A stretch of 64,000 nucleotides of DNA, taken from the IMG/VR virus record IMGVR_UViG_3300047994_000374, positions 186,001 to 250,000 of that record; one strand, written 5' to 3'. The notes beneath the pieces are model-generated. The model was not told the DNA's origin and made no database searches. It saw only the letters and a program-made list of their open reading frames with translations. A program made the translations under genes and the position numbers. Below, one piece after another: positions 10,901-17,877 of the stretch (positions within the stretch are counted from its first letter, which is position 1; the number at the start of each line of letters is the position of its first letter).

Positions 10901-12897
10901 AATACTTTTAATAATCTTCCCGTAACCGGATCGATACTCTTGTCTTGTAGATAATTAGTTTGTGTTACTTTTTCACCAGCGTAGGGTCCAATTTTATGTT
11001 TAGCTAAAGATTTTTTCCCAGTATCAGATAACAAATAAGTATTTTCATCCAATAAGTCCGGCGTGTTTGTCTTTGTGTTAGAGCTAATTGTATTAAAATT
11101 TGATTTGAACGGCGTTAATGGATCGAAAATAGCGCCATTGAAAGCATCAATGCCTGGATTGAAATTAATTTTACCCTGATCAAAATAATAAGTATTATCA
11201 AATCCATTTACATTAATTGTAAAAGCGCCTGCATTCCAACTATCCGTCGCTAAATTAACAACGCCCGCAAATACATGTGTGCCTTCTTTTTCCGTAACGA
11301 ACTGACTCCTTAATAATGTCCATAAATAATTTGGAAAATCGGGTCCAGCATAAATTGATTTTTCGGTTTGCAATTGAGTGCTTCCAGCAGGACGAAACAA
11401 AGCATCAAAACTATTCGTAATATCCGTCAATGTATTATTGACATTTTGGAGAACACCTAAGCCACTCATCATATTTTCTAAACCCGATAAGATTTTATTA
11501 TCAAATCGGCTTTTAGAATTCATGTAAATGTGCACAGTGTCCATAGGCTGAATGATAAGTTTGCCTGAAAAATTGAATCGTAATTTTTTGCGGGCGTAGT
11601 TCGTATCTTTATTCGTAGTTGTAAAATTATTGGCTGAATTTGCCATTAACGAAATTTTATTATAAATGGCTGCGATCAAACTTTGAAATAAAGAAAGTTC
11701 TGATTGAGAAACTAATGGAGTAATATTTTGATCTGGACCCAATGGAAGATTGCCGTTGCTTAATCCATCATACCCAGCAATTGTTCCGCCTTGTAAGTAA
11801 GGTGCTGGTACAGATACGCTATTTCCTGCTCCACCTAATCCTGGAAAACCCGTACCACCCGTTGAATCGTAAGTGAATGGAATTTCCAAAGCCAATTTAT
11901 CAATAATGGCAGTTACTCTTTTACCAAGCAATGTGTCCGGATCAGTATTGATTGTAATTGGACTTGCATTTCGGGAGGCTCTTGCTTGATTTAATTTATT
12001 TTGCGCATCGGCGATAACTTGTTCGGCTGATGTTACTCCGAACTGATAGCTCTTATCATTATAAAAAGCATTTGTTGCGTCTGATAAAGCTTTTTCAATA
12101 TCGAAATCTGTAATCAACATGGATTCATACGGATCGGAAATAGAAAAGTCAAATCTTCCATTATCCATCGTGGTACTAACCGTGGTTGAAATTCTTGTAA
12201 AATTTGTTATTTCCATTACACCAGTTCCTTGCCCAAGCGTACTTTGGAACATATCCGTTGAGTCTGTAATCCAAGTGGTATAAGGATTTGTTTGATTGTA
12301 TGCGTAAAGCACTCTTAATCGATCTACAATTTGCGTGAAACTCGATCCATTTGAAGAAGATGATAATGGATTCGTTGGACTTGATGTACCAAAAAGGTTT
12401 ATTCCATCACCATATGCATTTGTAAGTTGATCGGTCAAAGTAATGATAACGGGAACAAGTTGATCTGAAACATTACCAACTGCCGCTGTAATCTTCTGTA
12501 TCTTGGCAAGCTTCTCTAATATTTGAATTTGATTGCATTTATTTTGAAAGAGAACTTTCATTGCCTTATAATAAAGCTTCTCATCAGCATCCATAAAGTC
12601 AGGTCTAAAATTCTCTGCGATGGAGCTGAACATTCTTTTCTTTACGAGGACAGTTGCTGACGGCTCCTGCAGAAGAATTTCATATAATTTAGGGTCTGAG
12701 TTATAAGGATCGCGCCTTAAATAACCAGCTTCAATATAAGAGCGTTGGGCTGACTCGTCAAAGTTCCCGGCTAAACTACCTAGAGATCCGTATTTTTGTG
12801 TTTGTCCATCAACCACTGAATTAAGAGAGGTAGTGTCATTCTCACCTAAAGAGAATTGTGAAGATAAAGCTGATCCTAAATCATTTAAAAATGTCAT
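7933..12897 (-). CDS. baseplate hub (gp27/gpD-like), enlarged
   Basis: 1654 aa. Contains a hub-like segment GNEFMQPGEVVYLEDRGMLFYISSVSHEY...FTTTLQLGYG and lies between tube initiator and spike. ATGA overlap with the spike gene. Confidence 0.6.
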   Translation of the reverse strand: MTFLNDLGSALSSQFSLGENDTTSLNSVVDGQTQKYGSLGSLAGNFDESAQRSYIEAGYLRRDPYNSDPKLYEILLQEPSATVLVKKRMFSSIAENFRPDFMDADEKLYYKAMKVLFQNKCNQIQILEKLAKIQKITAAVGNVSDQLVPVIITLTDQLTNAYGDGINLFGTSSPTNPLSSSSNGSSFTQIVDRLRVLYAYNQTNPYTTWITDSTDMFQSTLGQGTGVMEITNFTRISTTVSTTMDNGRFDFSISDPYESMLITDFDIEKALSDATNAFYNDKSYQFGVTSAEQVIADAQNKLNQARASRNASPITINTDPDTLLGKRVTAIIDKLALEIPFTYDSTGGTGFPGLGGAGNSVSVPAPYLQGGTIAGYDGLSNGNLPLGPDQNITPLVSQSELSLFQSLIAAIYNKISLMANSANNFTTTNKDTNYARKKLRFNFSGKLIIQPMDTVHIYMNSKSRFDNKILSGLENMMSGLGVLQNVNNTLTDITNSFDALFRPAGSTQLQTEKSIYAGPDFPNYLWTLLRSQFVTEKEGTHVFAGVVNLATDSWNAGAFTINVNGFDNTYYFDQGKINFNPGIDAFNGAIFDPLTPFKSNFNTISSNTKTNTPDLLDENTYLLSDTGKKSLAKHKIGPYAGEKVTQTNYLQDKSIDPVTGRLLKVFYAPDGLVYKWKEGIGVFTQSGNTTTNNDPNLVGSPNIFTEPFAGLDVMNVLSLLISGVPYNFATFFNAASSLGGLGNDPQSKQSSSGSFISYLRNELQKRNSLWGNFIPFKNLTMNESAIAQFMQAQQSVSQTNAALDAQLQQFSQLNQRAAMLGAVNALASKVTNAQSNAGPDITNLNASINNLQKQIQSQLLSIQNDNKTTAANTGLDASYDSTSLQDTKYDPSDSGARKNLRKQLNYLTRRMSYDVRANDDKNLFIVDDYYDVDYDIAAFNQLPNNAMKLYSNTYTSVKQNIENVANLLNLEVFADTQGHIRVRSPQYNRMPSSVFYRMMYLKKSLGVQVFPEFLNDMFKSQLDTLKQQIEILEDEIRLDCAILGHKSLLDDDSDSANYINSSSAASGLGGIFIFLSDPSSGNINDYNNLIQQANQDVALSNTAQNLNDVGSSTKQVFNNSARYTILVEALQQQNAAQAGLNTSLSPDVSILSSTVVQTLISRISFKSGQSLSTKDYIVSSNGPNSPVQISSSQTIDYFKVTQEITTYIQQWQRAVKLFYHTVKNAQEYKSLDDDSSTSNNLITPGNYNNSYIPEVYEHMIEDESYDDYGFGSGQRYVIKRAQIKSLSISEQAPPYTAVEVHGTLGFGFGAGQGAAGLDNSLLSGNGQVSAVAIDYDLWRNYGFKSQASLPVPFLSDPETQCGPYAAMVLSRNRAEVLGGTCLISGNEFMQPGEVVYLEDRGMLFYISSVSHEYASGTSFTTTLQLGYGHTPGDYIPTYLDTVGKLLYKNKESGSTIIQRQDSSGNDTNMGVVQIDGSLSLNSINTGDETDTQNPVAASNNVVMNNILYQTAYIINKNNSAGNNVQAAVELRLYYDNTSGSADGELLDFANTVKQYLTGGSTGPKLDGNSPVKNPTLPSNAVNIVSVNLDDPNDRRSPSQKAHDAARNQLANISLNSQKAIDQNTLLRGALFGYVIDCWVSIKQVDGSTTSSAGP

Positions 12898-12904
12898 CTA
12901 TGGC

Positions 12905-12912
12905 TATATATC
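12905..12912 (-). promoter_or_regulatory. GATATATA upstream motif (putative late promoter)
   Basis: 7 nt upstream of the hub ATG. Confidence 0.5.
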
Positions 12913-12928
12913 CGCTTATTTTGTTTAT

Positions 12929-13828
12929 TTACTGATTTGAAAGCTTACCCGAAAAACTCCAAGGTTGATTATTTGGGGATATTGGACCTGAGTTGGGTGA
13001 CTTTTGAAAGGCGAATTGATTTGTTCGATATCCGCGTGTTTGAGTAACCGTAAAGTTAATCGTATACTGCATGCAAAAATCTGTTGCACTTTCAACAACT
13101 GACATATCTTCAAAAAAGCCCCGATAAATAATACCGTTATAAAACATTTCGACGCCGGCTGCTAATTGTGCTAATGATGTTATATTTCTAGCCGTAAGAT
13201 TATTGTTAGGGCTATTTAAACCTAAAATGCCTCCCAATATTCCTCCACCAACAGCTGCAGCAGTTCCATTTCCAGATTGAGCTGTTGGGGCAATTAATCC
13301 TCCAATAAGATTTCCAGCAGTTCCGCCCAAACCTTGAACTAAATTATTTGTCAAATCGGAGTTTGCATTATTAGCCGCTAAACTTAAACCTACGGCATCG
13401 AACGCATATTGTTCGGCGCGATACACTTCCTGTAAAGCATTAATTCCTTCAATGCCGGTTGATCCGGTGGTTCCACTAATCATCAGATGAGGTAATTCTT
13501 CTCCCCAATATTGAATTGTATATCCTCCTTTGGTTCTATCTTTTGTAATTAGTTTTTTATAAGCATAGTTAATATTTTGTGGATTAATAGACATATTAAC
13601 AACGCCAAATTGCGGCACAAACCAACTAATCACACTTCGTTTAAATTGAGAGTCTTGATTGGGAATAATCTTCGTGTATGGAAGTCCGTTGCCATCAGCT
13701 TGCGGAGTGGCGGCAACTAAAAATCCATTCGCCTGATAACTTGCTGCCGAACTTTGGTTTAATGGAGTAGAACCATTAAGATCATTTTGCACACTATTAA
13801 TTGAATTGACAATATCACTGATTCCCAT
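12929..13828 (-). CDS. tail tube initiator (gp48/gp54-like)
   Basis: 299 aa with INPQNINYAYKK..RTKGGYTIQYWGEEL..ISGTTG and FEDMSVVES..MQYTINFTV. Directly downstream of the tape measure gene. Confidence 0.6.
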   Translation of the reverse strand: MGISDIVNSINSVQNDLNGSTPLNQSSAASYQANGFLVAATPQADGNGLPYTKIIPNQDSQFKRSVISWFVPQFGVVNMSINPQNINYAYKKLITKDRTKGGYTIQYWGEELPHLMISGTTGSTGIEGINALQEVYRAEQYAFDAVGLSLAANNANSDLTNNLVQGLGGTAGNLIGGLIAPTAQSGNGTAAAVGGGILGGILGLNSPNNNLTARNITSLAQLAAGVEMFYNGIIYRGFFEDMSVVESATDFCMQYTINFTVTQTRGYRTNQFAFQKSPNSGPISPNNQPWSFSGKLSNQ

Positions 13829-16072
13829 TTATTTTCCTGCTGCTGGATTGATTATTGAAGCGTGCTGACTGGTTTCTGTTTTATTTCCGCAATGAGCGCA
13901 AGTAGAGGTGACGTTCACAGCAATTTGTGAATTACCTGACAAAACAACTGGAATAGGCATACCATTATTTTGTTGAACGCCTTGTCCTTGATTTTGTGTT
14001 TGATTTCTGTTTTGATTTTGTCGGGCTGAATTATTAACGACAGCACCTACTTGAGACCCTACGCCCATCATGTCGATGGATTTTTCCGCGGCGTTTATTC
14101 TATTTAATATGGCTGATTTTTGTGAATCTGGAAGCGATTGAACTTTTTGTTTTTCACTTTCAAAAATTGCTTTTAATTCTACAGCCGATTTTTCTGCTAA
14201 GTCTTTGTTGCCAGTTGTTAGCGCTTGTTTAAATGAGTCGGCGGTTCTTGCAACAGCACTTGGCAATGTTTTTATTTCATTAGACAGATCTCTTAAAGCT
14301 ATAACACTTGCCTGACCACGATCTCCGGTTTGTCCGCCTCGCTGGAAATTTCGAGTTTGTTCTTTAGCCGCTTCTGAAACATTACCTGTAGGTTGTGACG
14401 CTCCTGATCTTGCGGTAAGCATATTTTGTAAGGTGGTTAAGTTTGCTACGCCTGCGCCCATCTGAAGTCCGGATGTATTAATTGCAATCTTACTTAATTC
14501 AGTATAAGATAATTGTTGGATATCTGTTCCTTTATCAATTGTTCCTTTTAAAGCTTGTTGTGAATCTAATAGTTGAGTTGGAACGGACCCTTTTGCCATA
14601 GCCTCAATTACGCGATCGGCTTCACGATCATCTTTTACAATTGATCCTAATGGTCCTTGTTGAAGCATCATTCGTTGGCGTTCGTATTTTGAAGCGTCTT
14701 GTTGTGTATTTACTTGATCTAATGTAATAACAGGTCCGGTAAGTCGTTTCATTTCTGCTTGGACCTTATCAAACACGCCTTTAAGATCGCCTGCCTTTAA
14801 CTGTTTATCAATTTGCAAAGCCCCTAGTAATCCGCCTGGTCCGCCAGATTGACCTGACAAAAATCCTTTATTTGCGATACCCATTCCAGATATTGCTGTC
14901 GCCATTTCATTAAACATTCCGATTGCATTTTGAGCCGGGACACCAACTGCTTTTAACTGTGCAATATATTCTGCCATTGTTTCAGATATATTTTGTGTCA
15001 TATTAAATGCGCCGTCTCCACCTGCCGTGAACATTTTAAATGCATCGGCGGATTTTAATAAAGATTGGCGAACGTCATCAATCGTCGCTCCGTATTTGTT
15101 TGAAATATCTGTAATGCGAGATGTAAATTGAAGCGCTTCACTTAAGCTAACCCCATATTCAAGTACAGCTTGATTCATATCATTCGTGACCTCTTTATAT
15201 GCACGACCTGAACCTCTAGCATAAGTAATAGCGTCGGCTAAAATGTTCGTGCTTTTGCCCAACAATATTGTATCTGAATCCATCGCTTTTAAACCGCCAG
15301 GAATAGCTTGAAGTTCTTTTGCATAGGCAGCAATTTTATTTGCATCAATTTCACCAGTTGCCTTCATTACATCATAAAATAAAGTGGATTGTTTTTCTAA
15401 AATAGCATTCATATTTTGAAATTCGGTACCAGCCCCTTTATAAACATAATCTAAATTACCTGCTGCAGCTGCCGATTGAATCATTGATTCCTGTAATCTT
15501 GATTGACTATCGGCACTTTCAGCTACATTTTTCGCGTATGTAAAAAAACCAGAAGCTCCACTTGCAACTGCAGCCGCCACTTCACTTTGTGGTCTTCCCA
15601 TTCCCACTAAAGTTAATGACATTTTTTTAATAGCATCAGTGACAACGCCAAATCCCGTACCAGGTTGTGACAATAGTTCTTGCATTTTTTCAAATTGAGA
15701 ACTAAATGTAACCAATCCACCCGAGTCTATATGGGATAATCCTTTAAACGAAGATCCAACACCAATGGCAGCCGTAGTTAATAATCCAAATTTTGCAGTT
15801 TGATCGGTCGTTAATTTGTCAATGTTTTGTAATCCGGCACCTAAATTTGTAATATCTGTTGTGAATGAAGTTAATTTCGAATGTGTTGTATCAATTAAAT
15901 TATTGTGATTTGTTAGGTCGGTATTAACATTTTGGATGTCGGTATCTAAATTGACCCAGCTATCCAACACTGACTGATCAATGGGTGTGTTGGCAGGCGA
16001 GGTTGTGGAAGCAGTTGTATCTGTCGTGCTGCTTGTTGTCGCTATAACATTTGAATCAACTGTATCCGCCAT
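13829..16072 (-). CDS. tape measure protein
   Basis: 747 aa, Ala/Gly/Gln-rich and helical-looking. Follows the chaperone G/GT pair, the canonical TMP position. Confidence 0.7.
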   Translation of the reverse strand: MADTVDSNVIATTSSTTDTTASTTSPANTPIDQSVLDSWVNLDTDIQNVNTDLTNHNNLIDTTHSKLTSFTTDITNLGAGLQNIDKLTTDQTAKFGLLTTAAIGVGSSFKGLSHIDSGGLVTFSSQFEKMQELLSQPGTGFGVVTDAIKKMSLTLVGMGRPQSEVAAAVASGASGFFTYAKNVAESADSQSRLQESMIQSAAAAGNLDYVYKGAGTEFQNMNAILEKQSTLFYDVMKATGEIDANKIAAYAKELQAIPGGLKAMDSDTILLGKSTNILADAITYARGSGRAYKEVTNDMNQAVLEYGVSLSEALQFTSRITDISNKYGATIDDVRQSLLKSADAFKMFTAGGDGAFNMTQNISETMAEYIAQLKAVGVPAQNAIGMFNEMATAISGMGIANKGFLSGQSGGPGGLLGALQIDKQLKAGDLKGVFDKVQAEMKRLTGPVITLDQVNTQQDASKYERQRMMLQQGPLGSIVKDDREADRVIEAMAKGSVPTQLLDSQQALKGTIDKGTDIQQLSYTELSKIAINTSGLQMGAGVANLTTLQNMLTARSGASQPTGNVSEAAKEQTRNFQRGGQTGDRGQASVIALRDLSNEIKTLPSAVARTADSFKQALTTGNKDLAEKSAVELKAIFESEKQKVQSLPDSQKSAILNRINAAEKSIDMMGVGSQVGAVVNNSARQNQNRNQTQNQGQGVQQNNGMPIPVVLSGNSQIAVNVTSTCAHCGNKTETSQHASIINPAAGK

Positions 16073-16086
16073 GAATTATTATTTCC

Positions 16087-16446
16087 TTATATACTTTTTA
16101 ACTTAGATTTTCTCTTTCGCTTTCCTTTTTTTAACTTATCATCGTATTCTAATTTTAGGTTGGCATCTCTAACCATCTTCAATGATTCTTCGAAATCTTC
16201 ATCACTACTTTCGTGCGTATTATCATTCATCATCTGCTTTACTGCTTCTGGATTTACGAAACTACCGCCCAACATCGCGTGATTTTTTGCAAGCTCTGCT
16301 ATATCCCTATTATCAGCGATCAGTTGGTTATATAGATACGATTTTAGAACCGGGTCCATTTCAGTAAAGAACGGATCATTTGGCAGCTTTTGGTATATTT
16401 TACTTAATTCCCAAAGTAGCCTATGTTCCGGTTCATTTATGATTTT
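16087..16446 (-). CDS. -1 frame extension of tail assembly chaperone (T segment; G-T fusion about 333 aa)
   Basis: The 90-aa track ORF 16087..16359 is in the -1 frame of the chaperone and stays open up to the slippery site, adding KIINEPEHRLLWELSKIYQKLPNDPFFTE. Confidence 0.75.
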   Translation of the reverse strand, partial: KIINEPEHRLLWELSKIYQKLPNDPFFTEMDPVLKSYLYNQLIADNRDIAELAKNHAMLGGSFVNPEAVKQMMNDNTHESSDEDFEESLKMVRDANLKLEYDDKLKKGKRKRKSKLKSI

Positions 16447-17087
16447 TTTAAATCTTCGCCAACCTCCTTCGCGTCCATTTCAGTTTTAATGGCGTATTTA
16501 TTTTGCGAATCTTTGGCAAGGTTTGAATATTCAGAATAGAGTCGGCTTAAAAGTGCATGATCTATTTCTTCAATAAAATCAAGCTTGTCTTTTAATTCAT
16601 CTGAGCCTAAAAACGATGATAACTCAACTCCAGCCACATGTGTAATGGATCGGGCGAGAAGTTGTTTGCGTGTTTCAAAGATAAATTCTACTGTACCATC
16701 ATAAGGGGTCGTGGCTTTCATCGCCTCGCGTAACTCTGCTGATTTGAGCGTTTGAAGTGCATACATTTGACCATCAATCTCAACTTCTTTTGTGAGACGG
16801 GTCATTCCAATTAGCATTTCAATTCGTTTGCGAGCACCTTCGGACAATCTTTCACGACCTGAACGACGAGCTTCTTTGGCTTGCCTAATTGCATTCTCAG
16901 CTTCAAGATCTTGTTGGAAGTCAGGGGTTGCAGAGCCTTGAAATCGAGATTGAAAATCTTCTAATGCGCCAGATTGAAAATTATAAGTGCGCGTTTCAGT
17001 TTGTGTGCCTGCATCTGGAACATCTACTTGTTTAAGATTTGAATTGGGTACTTGTCGTTTTCCAATAGGTGAGTTGAATTCAGTCAT
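16437..17087 (-). CDS. tail assembly chaperone (G segment)
   Basis: 216 aa between tube and TMP, with a GGAG Shine-Dalgarno. Ends GAT TTA AAA AAA TCA TAA. Confidence 0.75.
   Translation of the reverse strand: MTEFNSPIGKRQVPNSNLKQVDVPDAGTQTETRTYNFQSGALEDFQSRFQGSATPDFQQDLEAENAIRQAKEARRSGRERLSEGARKRIEMLIGMTRLTKEVEIDGQMYALQTLKSAELREAMKATTPYDGTVEFIFETRKQLLARSITHVAGVELSSFLGSDELKDKLDFIEEIDHALLSRLYSEYSNLAKDSQNKYAIKTEMDAKEVGEDLKKS
16443..16452 (-). promoter_or_regulatory. programmed -1 ribosomal frameshift site (T TTA AAA / A AAA AAA)
   Basis: Two overlapping X XXY YYZ heptamers in the reading frame, within 3 codons of the chaperone stop. The -1 frame joins the next ORF. Confidence 0.75.
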
Positions 17088-17108
17088 TTATAAGCTCCAA
17101 AAATAAAA

Positions 17109-17143
17109 TTTCCTATAAAGCTATATATCGCCTAAATAGGAAA
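17109..17143 (-). terminator. putative intrinsic terminator after the tube gene
   Basis: 8-bp inverted repeat (tttcctat 17109-17116 / ataggaaa 17136-17143) followed on the minus strand by ATTTTATTTTT. Confidence 0.5.
17122..17129 (-). promoter_or_regulatory. GATATATA upstream motif (putative late promoter)
   Basis: 34 nt upstream of the chaperone ATG, inside a hairpin. Confidence 0.5.
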
Positions 17144-17170
17144 GTTTATTTTATAGTTTATTATAATTGA

Positions 17171-17815
17171 TCAGAAAATCGTGCCCGAACTTCCCAAATC
17201 AATTAGTCCGCTGGCGCTTAGTGATCCGCCTTGAATTGAAGTATCAGCTGCACGTTCAACTGGAATATTGCTGAATGGAATTGCAATCTCTCCACCGGTT
17301 GCTGCTGGAGAATTTGATCCATTATTGAGAATGCTGAAAATCTTCTCTGCTTGCCACTCCATTGTGTCCATGATAACCCAATCATTAGCCTGATAAGCAT
17401 ATTGCAAACTCTTAATCCAAACATTTTTAATAACCGTCGAAATTTGGCTGCCCTGGTTAAGTTTTTGTTTATCGAAAATAACGATGTCGAAAGGATAAGC
17501 TTGCGATGCGGCATGTAAGAAACCACGACCAAATGCCTCTGTAACACGAAGGCGGTCGAAACGAACTCTTTGACATGAACCAGTAATAACTGTTGATTCA
17601 TTTGGAGTTGAGTCGATCGACCCGTCTGTTCCTAATTCATTGACCATCTTAATGCTTCTTGTTTCTGAAACGCTAAGTTGTTGAATGGCGCCAACTGGAA
17701 TGTTTCCTTGAGGGCTTCGAACGGTCACTAAAATATTAGTGCTAATCGCCGTAGAGGTTTTGTTTTGACCTCCGGGGAATGTTAAAGTTGAGCCTGTGTT
17801 TTGAGCTTGAGCCAT
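17171..17815 (-). CDS. tail tube protein
   Basis: 214 aa with VGAIQQLSVSE.R...E.G and FDIVIFD...IKNVWIKS tube-like patterns. Immediately downstream of the sheath. Confidence 0.8.
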   Translation of the reverse strand: MAQAQNTGSTLTFPGGQNKTSTAISTNILVTVRSPQGNIPVGAIQQLSVSETRSIKMVNELGTDGSIDSTPNESTVITGSCQRVRFDRLRVTEAFGRGFLHAASQAYPFDIVIFDKQKLNQGSQISTVIKNVWIKSLQYAYQANDWVIMDTMEWQAEKIFSILNNGSNSPAATGGEIAIPFSNIPVERAADTSIQGGSLSASGLIDLGSSGTIF

Positions 17816-17844
17816 TAGTTTATCCTAAATTAGTTGATCTTATT

Positions 17845-17852
17845 ATTATATC
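17845..17852 (-). promoter_or_regulatory. GATATAAT motif variant
   Basis: 29 nt upstream of the tube ATG. Confidence 0.45.
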
Positions 17853-17877
17853 TTGTTATGCTTTTGAAACTTTATAC

